A DNA stretch of 64,000 bases from contig CM069152.1 in the NCBI GenBank assembly GCA_035221665.1, positions 37,758,001-37,822,000 of the forward strand, given 5' to 3'. Made by a program: the position numbers and the translations under genes. The stretch is from Okamejei kenojei (lineage: Eukaryota). Shown here piece by piece: positions 12,946 to 25,525 of this stretch (positions are counted from its first letter, which is position 1; each line of letters opens with the position of its first letter). The notes under the pieces were generated by a model. It made no database searches. It was not told where the DNA came from and saw nothing but the letters and a program-made list of their open reading frames with translations.

Positions 12946-14164
12946 TGCATTATTTTTTCTGTAAAATATTTATTATGGTGTCATGTCAATAAAGATGAAC
13001 ACATGAATCTGATTTTTGCCCTTAGTTGGATAACACACATCTCCAGTCATTATGTTTTATGGCTGGTTTTCAACCTCTTCAGTCTGAATGTCTCGACCCG
13101 AAACATCACCTATTCTTTCTGTCCAGAGATGCTGCCTGTCCTGCTGTGTTATTCCAGCTTTTACTATATATCTTCAGTTTAAACCACCCTCCCACCCCAT
13201 CACTGGTATCCATCTATCACTTGCCTGGCTTTGTCCTGCCCTGAGCCTCTCTTCAGGCATCCTCTCCTACTACAATCAGACCGAAGAAGGTTCCCAACCA
13301 GAAACATCACCTAGAGGTGCTGCCTGACCTGCTGAGTTACTCTAGCACTCTGTGCCTATTTTTGTAAACCAGCATCTGCAGTTCTTTGTTCTTGGATGTT
13401 TGTAGCATTAGAGATCTGTGAATAGGAAAAATGACCTCCACTGAATTCCTACCATCTTTGAATGTTGAACTCAGTCTGAAGAAGGGTCTCGATCCGAAAC
13501 GTCGCCTATTCCTTCTCTCCATAGGTGCTGCCTCACCCGCTGAGTTCCTCCAGCATTTTTGTCCACCTCCAACTTTGAATGCTCTCTTTGGACACTCAAT
13601 GTACTTTCTAACGTTTTGATTTCACCGTAGAACTTTGCAACCTCCTGCACAATCCAATTTCCTTCAATCCAGCAACAACCTCAATGAATCTGTACTGGTT
13701 CAATGATAAAATTGAAATCTAATCCTGTTATATTACTAACTTGTTCACTGAGTATGGAATTCACTGCAAAAACCAGTATTTATTGTTCATGCCCAATTCC
13801 TTGTGGCTTGCTGGACCACCTCAGAGTGAATGAACCACATATAAGCAACACCATGTATGAATAAGCAGTTTCTGAAAGGACAATCATGACCTGGAGGGGC
13901 TTTATGGCAATCCAATAATTTTTAATTCTAGATTTACTAGTAGACTGAATTTCAAATTCTCTAGCTGCCATGGTGAGATTTGAGCTATAAACTCCAGGCC
14001 TTTAGATTACTAGTAAATGATGCTGAAAATCTGAAATGATGAAGGAAAATGCTGAAAACAGGTTAGGCTGCGTCTGCAGAAAGAGAAGCAGAGTTAACGT
14101 TTCAGATCAGGGGGTCTTCGTCAAGAGTTAATGGGGAGTTGACCTTTGGCATATGTACCGACAA

Positions 14165-14638
14165 TAGGAATGTTACAACATTTTAGATTAAAAAAAATCA
14201 AAATAAATGGTAATTTATCCCATCAGATAAAGCATAAAAAGTACTTTAATTTGATACCTAATTTACTTTCATATCTTCAGTATTAAAAAAGTTACAGTCA
14301 TTTTCATACAAGGAAATTAGCATCTTGTTCCCTATTGCTTTTCCATGAACTTAGCACAAAAGCTGTGATTGAGGACAGTCAATTGAAAGTCGAGACTTAA
14401 AACTCATCTTTACTCTCAAGCCTTTATTGACGTCCTCTGAGGGAAGGCTATATGTATGTATTAATGTTGTATAATGTTAGTATCTCCACCAATGTAAAGC
14501 ACTTTGGTCAACGAGAGGTGTTTTTAAATGTGCTATAGAAATAAAAGTGACTTGACTTGACATAAAAGTCCATAACTTTCTTAAAACATAAGAGCTGAAT
14601 GAAATGTTCAGTTATTATAGATTGAAGCATTCTGAAAC
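14165..14638 (-). mobile_element. Truncated copy of the 30324-31355 DNA transposon, interrupted by an L2 tail
   Basis: TAGGAATGTTACAACATTTT terminus; colinear reverse complement of about 31070-31355. Confidence 0.75.
14383..14560 (+). mobile_element. L2 LINE 3' end
   Basis: CTTAAAACTCATCTTTACTCTCAAGCC (LKTHLYSQA), GTAAAGCACTTTGG...GTGCTATAGAAATAAA and (GACTT)n tail. Confidence 0.7.
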
Positions 14639-16605
14639 TAGCCAGAAAAAGCAGCCTACCAGAGGACTGGGAGAAATTCAGAGTCCAACAGAGGAGGACA
14701 AAGGGCGTAATTAGGAAAGGGAAAATAGATTATGAAAGAAAACAGGCAGGGAACAGAAAAACTGACTGCAAATGTTTTTTATAGATATGTGAAGAGAAAA
14801 AGGTTAGTTAAAACAAATGTAGATCCCTTGCAGTCAGAAACTGGTGAATTGATCATGGGGAACAAGGACATGGCAGACCAATTGAATAACTACTTTGGTT
14901 CTGTCTTCACTAAGGAAGACATAAATAATCTGCTGGAAATAGCAGGGGACCGGAGGTCAAATGAGATGGAGGAACTGAGTGAAATCCAGGTTAGCCGAGG
15001 AGTGGTGTTAGGTAAATTGAATGGATAAAAGGAAGATAAATTCCCAGGGCCAGATAGGCTGCATCCCAGAGTACTTAAAGAAGTAGCCCCAGAAATAGTG
15101 GATGCATTACTGATAATTTTTCAAAACTCTTTAGATTCTGGAGTAGTTCCTGAGGATTGGAGGGTAGCTAATGTAACCCCACTTTTAAAAAAAGGAGAGA
15201 GAGAGAAAACGGGGAATTACAGACCAGTTAGTCTAACATCAGTAGTGGGGAAAATGCCAGTCAGTTATTAAAGATGGGATAGCAGCACATTTGGAAAGTG
15301 GTGAAATCATTGGACAAAGTCAGCATGGATTTATGAAAGATAAATCATGTCTGACGAATCTTATAGAATTTTTCAAGGATGTAACTAGTAGAGTGGATAA
15401 GGGAGAACCAGTGGATGTCTTATATCTGGACTTTCAGAAGGCTTTCGACAAGGTCCCACATAAGAGATTAGTATACAAACTTAAAGCACATGGTATTGGG
15501 GGTTCAGTATTGATGTGGATAGAGAACTGGCTGGCAGACAGGAAGCAAAGAGTAGGAGTAAACGGGTCCTTTTCAGAATGGCAGGCAGTGATTAGTGGGG
15601 TACCGCAAGGCTCAGTGCTAGGACCCCAGCTATTTACAATATATATTAATGATCTGGATGAGGGAATTGAATACAACATCTCCAAGTTTGCGGATGACAT
15701 GAAGCTGGGGGGGCAATGCTAGCTGTGAGGAGGATGCTAGAGGCTGCAAGGTGACTTGGATAGGTTGGGTGAGTGGGCAAATGCAAGGCAGATGCAGTAT
15801 AATGTGGATAAATGTGAGGTGGCAAAAACAGGAAAGTAGACTATTATCTGAATGGTGGCCGATCAGGAAGAGGGGAGATGCATCGAGACCTGTGTGTCGA
15901 TGCATCTCATTGAAAGTAGGCATGCAGGTGCAGCAGGCAGTAAAGAAAGCAAATGGTATGTTAGCATTCATAGCAAAAGGATTTGAGAATAAGAGCAGGG
16001 AGGTTCTATTGCATTTGTATAGGGTCTTGGTGAGGCCACACCTGTAGTATTGCGTACAGTTTTGGTCTCCTAATCTGAGGAAAGACATTCTTGCCACAGA
16101 GGGAGTACAGAGAAGGTTAACCAGACTGATTCCTGGGATGGCAGGATTTTCATATGAAGAAAGACTGGATAGACTCAGCTTGTACTCGCTAGAATTTAGA
16201 AGATTGAGGGGGGATCTTATAGAAACTTACAAAATTCTTAAGGGGTTGGACAGGCTAGATGCAGGAAGATCATTCCCGATGTTGGGGAAGTCCAGAACAC
16301 GGGGTCACAATTTAAGGATAAGGGGGAAGTCTTTTAGGACCGAGATGAGAAAAACATTTTTCACACAGAGAGTGGTGAATCTGTGGAATTCTATGCCACA
16401 AAAGTAGTTGAGGCCAGTTCATTGGCTATATTGAAGAGGGAGTTAGATATGGCCCTTGTGGCTAAAGGGATCAGGGGGTATGGAGAGAAGGCAGGTACAG
16501 GATACTGAGTTGGATGATCAGCCATGATCATATTGAATGGCGGTGCAAGCTCGAAGGGCCGAATGGCCTACTCCTGCACCTATTTTCTAGGTTTCTATGT
16601 TTCTA
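14639..16605 (+). mobile_element. CR1 LINE, about 2 kb, degenerate RT and 3' end
   Basis: [58 protein letters not shown]; 3' UTR nearly identical to 480-620. Confidence 0.95.
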
Positions 16606-17599
16606 TGCAGCGAGTACGAGTCGAGGGCAAACTCGTCAGAACTCGCGGATTAGGTCGCCCAAGTGAGACAGGCCGTTTAGCTTTCATTAGCGAGAAGGTG
16701 GGGCAGGTATGGCAGAGCACAGGGAATATCACTGATAAGGTGAGACTAAATGATAGAATCAGGCTTTGCCTCTTTGTCTTTGTTGTGTGTTGCTAAGAGC
16801 AGCGTTGAGGGGCATACGTCGCAGGCTAGGTCATACTAATGGAGAAAGAAAAACTGAGTCAAAGTCACCATTGGCTGACTGGCAGAAGTGAACAGTTCTG
16901 ATACAGGCAGAACAAAAGAGTGGATAACCAGTTGGTTACATTTGGTCAGGCAGCATCCCTGGAGAACATAGATAGATGACGTTTAGGGTCGGGACCCTCT
17001 TCCGATTGAAGAAGGGTCCCGACCAGTAACATCACCTATCCATGTTCTCCAGGGATGCTGTCTGACCTGCTGAGTTATCCCGGCACTTTGTGTCTTTTTT
17101 TTGTAAACCGGCATCTATAGTTTCTTGTTCCTACAGTTCAGTACCTTGCTACAGTACCTTTCAGTTAGCTGAGGTTAGACAAATTAACACACAAGATGAA
17201 ATGGGAGGCACTATTGCAGAATGTTTCTTGCTTCTGTAACAATTAAAGGTTAACCATTGATGGAGCTGTGGTTTTCAAACTAACAAAAGAGTTGCAACTC
17301 TTCTAGACAGCAGAACTTGATTTAAGAACAACGAGCCAACTTTTATTGCTGAAATCCAAAATAATACCTGTTTCCATAGACCCTGCAGATTCTTCCTGCA
17401 AACATTAGCCAGGAGTTGAAAGCTGGGTCGACTGGATTGTCGGTTCTGCTGAGAATGAGCAAAATGTGTCCACATTCCCACGCAAGGAAGCAGTAGTAAT
17501 AATCATTGGTTCATTGTTCTGTGTAAATAACAGAGTGCATTCTTTCACAGGCTGGGTGTCTGGAATGTGTGGGATGGAACTGCAGATGCTGGTTTACAC

Positions 17600-17999
17600 C
17601 AAAGATCCTACAGCGAGCAAGATAGTCCACTCAACGAAAAAGACGTAGTACGGTCATGAGCAGATTCATGGGTAATTTAAGGCCCCATTTCCGTAACCGG
17701 CCTCCGTCTCCGCACTAAAGATCCCTTAGGATAATAGTGCGGAGACGGAAGCCGGTTACGGAAACATCCTCGTAAAAATAAAAGTTATTTGGTAAAAATC
17801 TTCTCATCATTTTCAGAATTTTAATTTATTAACACAAACTGTTCCCCCGCAACGTTGATTACACTGCGAGTCGGGTCGGGTCGGGTCTGGTTACGGATAT
17901 TGATGAAAAAAAGGTCCACGTTCCGTTCCGTTGCGTACTACACGTCAGCCCGTTGCATTTAGCAGAAGTGATCTATCTTGCTCCGCTATAGGATCTTTG
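17600..17999. mobile_element. hAT-type MITE (400 bp)
   Basis: TIR CAAAGATCCTA(C/T)AGCG(G)AGCAAGATAG at both ends; 8-bp TSD GTTTACAC at 17592-17599 and 18000-18007; inserted in a Penelope-derived short repeat. Confidence 0.88.
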
Positions 18000-18521
18000 G
18001 TTTACACTAAAGATAGACACAAATAGTTGGAGTAACTCAACGGGTTAGGCAGCATCTCTGGAGAAAAGGTTTTGGGTCGAGACCCTTTTTCAGACTGACA
18101 GCCAGAAGGGAGGGAAACTAGAGGTAATCACGGAGAGGGAGCAGCGAGAGAGGGTGTTGCAGAACTCCCATCAGAGAGAGGAGGAGAACTTCTTCAAAGT
18201 AGGCAAACTTTGAAGAGATTTTGTAATGGAGGAGACAAAATGTGTAGGAAGGAACTGGAATATCTGTTTCATCCTTCACCAATTTTCCCCAAGAAACTTG
18301 TGAATAAGAGTTTATTTTGCCCTGGATGCCTGATAATTTGGGCCATGATAATTCACTGCAATGGGAGCACTTGAGCCTTTCCCAAGATGGAAAAAAGCTG
18401 GATAAATGGAAGTCCTTCTTGCCGTAAATTCAAGAGTAATCTGAAATGCTGTGGATGCTGGAAATATGAAATTAAACAGGAAATTACTGGAATTGATTAA
18501 CGGGCCAGGCAACATCTGGAG

Positions 18522-19250
18522 AGTTCTTGGTTCTTGGTTCTTGGTTACTTGGTCCTCCAAAATATTCCAACTGGAATTTAAACTGGAGGTGGTGAAGGGA
18601 GGGGTTAAGCCAGAGAGGGTTATTGGGAAGAAATTGGCCACTTTAAATTTAGTTGCATCTGGCTGGGCAACCGTGGTTTGGTGGAGATTATTCCATGCTT
18701 TAATAGTGCGTGGGAAGAACAAATTGCTGTACACATCTGTCTTTGTGGCTGGGACCACAAATTGGATCGAATGCCCTCGTCTGCTCCTAATTGGTTTGGG
18801 GTTGGTGTAGGTCTTGTGATCTATGTCTAGCTGACCATTTAACATTTTGTAAAAACAGCTCAACGGTGAGCTTCACGTCTGTCTTGGAGAGGGTTCCACC
18901 CCAGAGAATTCAGATGTTTGGTGACACGCGCTTCTCTCTCGTAGGTGTTAGTAACAAATCGAGCGGCCTGTCTTTGGACACGCTCGATGGATGAAATGTT
19001 TTTATCTGTGAAATGGTCCCAAGCTGCAACTGCGTAGTCCAGATGAGGTCTAACAAGGGTGAAATACAGCTTCTCCTTGACAGAAGCTGAACAATGATGG
19101 AAGTTGCGCCTCAGGAAGTTTAGGACACCTGTTGCTTTCGCTGTTGCATGATGAGTCTGACCATTCCAACGTAGATCATTCTGCAATTTGATACCAAGAT
19201 ACTTGGTTTGTTTGGATTCTTCAAGGGTGACACCAAGTATGTTGTAAGAT
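18522..19250 (-). mobile_element. CR1/L2-group LINE 3' end, distinct from the dominant CR1 family
   Basis: KYLGIKLQNDLRWNGQ...LYFTLVRPHLDYAVAAWD...IERVQRQAARFV...FFPRTIKAWNNL; tail (AACCAAG)n at about 18522-18546. Confidence 0.8.
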
Positions 19251-19904
19251 GTGTTGTAAGGGAGAGGGAAATTCACAGCTAGTATAGGAGGTTAATGGTG
19301 TTTTGGACTGCAGAATATGTGTGATCATTTTCTAATGGCACCAAATTTTACTTGGCATGTTACAGGAGGAAAAAAGAAAGTCATGTTTTTCTCCAATGCT
19401 GTAATGGTCATAGAGACATAAAGCAGAAACAAGCCCTCAGCCCATACTGCTCGTGCAACTCACCACTATGTTAACTCCATTTTTCCTTTCACATTTCTAT
19501 CAACCCCAATCCCACTGCCACATACCTACATTAGGGTCATTTAATGTAGCCAATTTGCCTACCATCTCACTTTCCTCCTGTCCCCTTCCACCTACATTCC
19601 TTCCTCTGGCTTCACATTTCATGGTCTTCTCTCCATCTTCTTATCTCACACTTTTTGTCTTTTTATCTCTAGCCTTTGTCAAACCATCTGTTAATCGTAA
19701 AATCCCCTCCACCTGTATCCACCTTTTACTTGCCAGTCGTTGGCCTGCCCCATCTCTCTTCCAGCTTTCTCCTTCCCACTACAATCAGTCTGAACAAGGG
19801 TCCCGACCTAAATCGCCACCTGTCCATGTTCTCCAGAGATGCAGCCTGAATTACTTCAGCACCTTGTATCTATTTGCAAACCAGCATCTGCTGTTCCTTG
19901 TGCC

Positions 19905-22145
19905 TCCAACCTACCAACCAGGAAGTCTTTGGGATGTGGAAGGAAACTGACAAACCCAGGAGAAACCCAGCGGTCAGAGGGAGAAGGTGCAAATTCCACA
20001 CAATCAGCACCGGGAATCAGGATCAAACCCAGGTCTGTGGAGCTGTGAGACAGCAGCACTAACCGCTGTGCCACTGTGTAAGGAAGTTGTATCTTGATTG
20101 AACCAAATTGTCAACAGTAGGGAGGTGAGTACAGTGGTAACCAGACTCTTGCAAGCATGCTCAGCGCCATAAAAGTGCTCAAAACCAAGAAGGTCCATTA
20201 TGTCTGCCTTCTTGCGTAAACACTGGTTAGAGTTTAGAGATACTGCATGTAAACAGGCCCACCGAGTCAACACCGACCACTGGTCCACCTGTTCACACTA
20301 GTTCTATGTTATCTCACTTTTACATCCATTCCTTACACATTAGGGGCAATTTAAAAAGACCAATTAACCTGCTACCCTGCACGTCTTTGGGATGTGGGGG
20401 CCACCTGGAGCAGTCACAGGGAGAAGGTGCAACCTCCAAACAGATAGCACCTGAGATAGACACAAAAAGCTGGAGTAACTCAGCAGGACAGGTAGCATCT
20501 CTGGAGAGAAGATTCTCTCCAGAAGGTTCTCTCCAGAGATGCTGCCTGTCCAGCAGAGTTACTCCAGCTTTTTGTGTCTGTCTTAGGTGCTGTCTGTCTG
20601 TTTGGAGAGAAGGTTCTCTACAGAGATGCTGCCTGTCCCGCTGAGTTACTCCAGCTTTTTGTGTCTATCTTTGGTTTAAACCAGCATCTGCAATTCCTTC
20701 CTACACAGACAGCACCTGAGGTCAGGATCAAACTTGGGTCTCTACTAGCTGCATTACTGTGCCGCTCTAATATAACTGAATGTTCTTTCCCTTAAAAGGT
20801 TTGACTTTTATGTCTTCTGCTGTCTTTGTGAAGTTTGCACATTGACCCTGTAACCAAATGACTTCTTCCCTGTGTTCTCTCTTTTTTTATTCCACATGTC
20901 ATAGATTTGCTGGTTGGCAAATCAATTGGTTACTGTAAACTCCCCTAGTGTATGCAGGTGCATACATCTTTCTTCATGTTAAGGTGAATGCACTTGCTGT
21001 CAAAAGTCCTGACCTGTTTATATACAAATGATGCCAGACATCCACTGAGGTAACATAATGACTATCCATGGGGTAAGGTCTGATACATAATGGGTGAACA
21101 ATATGTGAACACATCTCCCAATCAATAAATGTACAGGATGCTTTCAGAGCATATAACGATTCACTGAGTAGAGTTACATATTTGGTCTCAAACTTGAATT
21201 GAATGAAATTACATCATGGCAACAGGCCCTTCAGCCCACTTAGTCCATGCTGACCATCAATTACCCATTCACTCTAGTTCTATGTTATTCCACCTTTGAA
21301 TCCCATTCCCTTCAAATTAGGGGCAGTTTACAGAGGCCAAATAACCTATAAACCCACATGTCCTTCATATGTGGGAGGACACCGGAACACTCGGAGGAAT
21401 CCCACATGGTCGCAGGGAGAACGTGCAGACTTCAAGCAGTCAGCAGCCGATGCCAGGATTGCACCTGAGTCTCTTGCACTGTGAGGCAGCAGCTGTGGCA
21501 TTGTACTGAAAGAAAATAGCTTGGCAGTACACTTGAATTAGAAGAAATTAAACTCGACATTGAGACCCATGACGTGACCAGATAGAGATTTGAGTATCAA
21601 ATAAAGCTTGTTAATTATAATACGATAAAAAATATCTGTATCTTTTGTACATGTTGCTATGCATGGTACTTTAGGAATGACGTCTCTATCTCTGCTACAC
21701 CCATTTTACCAAATAGTAGTCAAGGTTCTTCTGTTGCTCATCAAAAATGTAACCTCTCCTGTTTTAAGGATATGAAACTAGTAATCCATTAACATTCATT
21801 ACTGTAGCTGTTTAGTTTTGTTTAAAGATACAGCATGGAAACAGGACCTTTGGCCCTCCGCTCTGATCATCAATCACCCATTCCCACTAATTCCATGTTA
21901 TCCCGCTTTCCCATCCACTCTCTACATGATAGTGGCAATTTACAGAAGCCAATTAATCTACAAACCCACATGTCTTTGGGATGTGGAAGGAAACCAGACC
22001 ACCAGACCACTTAGACATCACAAAACCCACACGATCACATGGAATACATGCATACTGCACACAAACAGCATCCAAAGTCAGGATCGATCCTGCGTCTCTG
22101 GCATTGTGAGGCAGGAGCTCTACCAGCTGTGCCACTCTGCCGCCC
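19905..22145 (-). mobile_element. Cluster of V-SINE copies (about 19905-20075, 20228-20760, 21215-21500, 21815-22145), one with nested palindromic Penelope-derived inserts
   Basis: Repeated V-SINE motifs; nested insert 20456-20705 flanked by CAGA(T/C)AGCACCTGAG direct repeats. Confidence 0.7.
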
Positions 22146-22634
22146 ACCTGGAAGAAGACAGCAGCAGGTGGCTGCATCTCCATCTGGTCAAAATCTCAAA
22201 ATGTGGGGCCAGCTATACAGTACAAAGACGAGAAGAAATGTCTTTATCCATTTGGGATACTCTATCCATGAGATCTATCAAGGTTCAGTCACTGAGTATG
22301 TTCAAGACAGAAATTGGTAGATATTTGTGTATTAGGGAACCAAAGAATCTGGGGTCAGTGGTGGAAAGTGGCACAAGGGGTTACGATCAGTGATGGCTTC
22401 ATAGAAAGGCAGAGCAGATGCCAGGAGCGAAATAGCCAATGCACCATCATTTCTTATATATCTTAAGCACTGTGGTAATTCCTTCTTTCTTTTTCCAGAG
22501 GCTGTCATTGAAGTGGACATATTTCTCACTCTGGGCTTTGAAGATTAGAACAAAATGCTTTCCAAATAGTGGAAATTTAGGATGAGTAAACATGGAAAGA
22601 GATGTGAGAGCCTATGAACATAGAATATTATGTA

Positions 22635-23715
22635 CTCACCTCTGCAAATGGATCCTCGACTTCCTGACCTACAGACCACAATCAGTGAGGATAGGTGACA
22701 AACCAACCTCTATGATAATCCTCAACATGGGTGTTCCACAAGGATGCGTTCTCAGCCTCCTTTTCAACTGATACACTTACGACAGTGCGGCCAAATACAA
22801 TCCAACTAAATGAACAGATTTTCAGACGATACCACCGTAATGGGCCGGATATCAAATAATGATGAAACGGAGTACCGGAAGGGGATTGAGAACCTCCTAA
22901 CCTGGTGCCAAGATAACAACCTTTCCCTCATTGTCAGCATGACAAAAATATTGTGATTTACTTCAGAAAGAGACGCAGTACACATACCCCAGTATATATT
23001 GAAGGCGCCGAAGTAGAGATGGTTGAAAGATTCAAGTTCTTAGGAGTAAATATCACCCGCAACTTTCATGGACCAGCTATATCGAAGCAATGACCAAAAA
23101 AACCACTCCAACATCTTTACTTCCTAAGGAGGCTTAGAAAGTTCGGCACATTCCCAACATCTCTCACCATCGTCTAGAAATACGGTGCGGAAAGCATTTT
23201 TATCAGGATGCATCACAGCATGGTTCGGAAACAGCTTCATCCAAGATTGCATGGAATTGCAAAGAGTTGTGGACATAGCCCAGAACATCACACAAACCAA
23301 CTTCATTTCCAATGACTACATCTACACTTCACACTGGCTCCTCAAAGCCACCAGCTCAATCAAGGACGTCGCACCCTGGTCACTCCCTCTTCTCCCCTCT
23401 CCCATCAGGAAAGGTGTATAGAAGTGTGAAAATGCATACTTCCAGATTCAGGGACAGTTTTTCTCAGCTCTATTAGGCAACTGAACCATTCTATCACCAA
23501 CTGTGGAATGAACCATCTACCTCTTTGGAGATCCTTGGACTATCTTTAATCAGACTTTACTGGACTTTATTTTGCATTAAACATTATTCCCTTCATCCTG
23601 TATCTGTACACTGCGGACGGCTTCATTGTAAGTATGTATAGTCTTTTCACTGACTGGAAAACACACAACAGAAAAGTTTATCCCTCTATGTTAGTACACA
23701 TGACAATAATAAATT
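22635..23715 (+). mobile_element. Rex1/Babar LINE, degenerate RT C-terminus and 3' UTR
   Basis: [19 protein letters not shown]; GVPQGCVLS; LSGCITAWFGN...LQRVVDIAQNIT; tail ACATGACAATAATAAA. Confidence 0.85.
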
Positions 23716-23884
23716 AAAGTATTATCATCTCATGTAGATGTAGATGATCAATGGGTGATTTGATTAAAGTTTTCAACCTTTGTCGTGGGGAATTGATGGA
23801 AGGAACTATTGGTGAGAGAATCCAGGATTTAGGAACAAAGCACAAAAATTAGAGCCATGTCTGGTAATGTACTTTGAGGTACAA

Positions 23885-24915
23885 GGAGGTAGATAAAAAT
23901 GCTGGAGAAACTCAGCGGGTGAGGCAGCATCTATGGAGTGAAAGAAAAGGTGACGTTTCGGGTCGAGACCCTTCTTCAGACTGATGTGGGGGCAAGAAGA
24001 AGAAAGGAAGGTGGAGACAATGGGCTGTGGGAGAGCTGGGAAGGGGAGGAGAAAGAAGGAGAAAGCAAGGACTACCTGAAATTGGAGAAGTTAATGTTCA
24101 TACCGCTGGGGTGTAAACTACCCAAGCAAAATATGAGGTACTGCTCCTCCAATTTACGGTGGGACTCACTCTGGCCATGGAGGAGGCCCAGGACAGAAAG
24201 GTCGGATTCGGAATGGGTTCAAGAGTTCAAGAGAGTTTTATGTCATGTGTCCCTGATAGGACGATGAAATTCTTGCTTGGGAGGGGGAGTTGATGGGAGG
24301 GGGAGTTGAAGTGCTGTGCCCCCGGGAGATCAGGTTGGTTATTGCGAACTGGGCGAAGGTGTTGGGCGAAGCGATCGCCAAGCCTACGCTTGATCTCACC
24401 GATGTAGAGCAGCTAACACCTAGAGCAGCGGATGCAATAAATGTGTTTGGAGGAGGTGCACGTGAACCTCTGCCGCACCTGGAAATACTCCTTAGGTCCT
24501 TGGATAGAGTCAAGGGGGGAGGTAAAGCCTTTCCTGCAGAAGTGCAGCATTTCCTGCCGTTGCAAGGGAAAGTACCAGGGAAGGGGGTGGTTTGGGTGGG
24601 AAGGGACAAATTGACCAGGGAGTTACGGAGGGAGCGGTCTCTGCGGAAAGCCGAAAGGGGAGGAGATGGGAAGATGTGGCTAGTGGTGGGATCCCGTTGG
24701 AGGTGGCGAACATGTCAGAGGATTATCTGTTGTATGTGACGGCTGGTAGGGTGGAAGGTGAGGACAAGGGGGACTCTGCCCTTGTTACAAGTGGCAGGAT
24801 GGAGAGTGAGAGCAGAGTTGCGAGGTATAGAAGAGACCCTGGTGAGAGCCTCATCTATAGTAGAAGAGGGGAACCCCCGTTCCCTAAAGAATGAGGACAT
24901 CTCCGATGCCCTGGT
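23885..24915 (-). mobile_element. Penelope-like element 3' part (GIY-YIG, frameshifted) with terminal hammerhead-like repeat
   Basis: Colinear with 6090-7200 (SEMSSFFRERGFPSSTIDEALTRVSSIPR); intact core at 23951-23983. Confidence 0.9.
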
Positions 24916-25246
24916 ACAAGGAGGTGAGGTACAGGTAGAATGCAAATCTTACTTACAACAGCATCACCAGGACAACACAGACACAAGCATAGATACAGAA
25001 AACAGACAAAAAGATAAATTATATATAAATTATATATACATTCTTTAAGTCAATGAAAAGATGACTGTGCAAAAGAAAAATACGTTATTGCAAAAATACA
25101 CAATCAGAAAAAAATTCTATGGTGGTCTATAGCGAATATTGCCAAGATAGGATGAGGGTTTTTGCAGGTTTTTCAAGAACCTGATAGCTGTAGGAAAGTA
25201 GCTGTTCTTGAATCTGGTGGTGTGAAACTTCAAGCCTCTTTACCTG

Positions 25247-25525
25247 ACACAGTGAGTCAGCGGTAGAGTTGCTGCCTCACAGCACCAGAGACCTTGGTTC
25301 GATCCTAATTATGGGTGCTGTCTGTGTGGATTTTATATGTTCTCCCTGTGACCACCTGGGTTTTCTCCGAGTGCTCCTGCATTCTAAAGATGTAAAGGTT
25401 TTTAAGTTAATTCGCTTCTGTAAATCGCCCCAAGGGATAACACAGAATTAGTGAACGGCTGATGGATGGTCAGTGTTGACTCGGTGGGCTGAATGACCTG
25501 CTTATTCGCTGTATCTATAAACTAA
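25247..25525 (+). mobile_element. V-SINE inserted in a reverse Rex1/Babar 3' fragment (about 24920-25640)
   Basis: CAGCGGTAGAGTTGCTGCCTCACAGCACCAGAGACCTTGGTTCGATCCT tRNA-like head; flanking AAGAACCTGATAGCTGTAGGAAAGTAGCTGTTC is a reverse Rex 3' end. Confidence 0.75.

Noticed and set aside
17368-17518. Minus-strand exon of a divergent neighbour gene such as SEC14L5
   Set aside because: Splice-like ends but stops in all three frames from the acceptor, and no recognisable protein; no SEC14L-type peptide seen in the window
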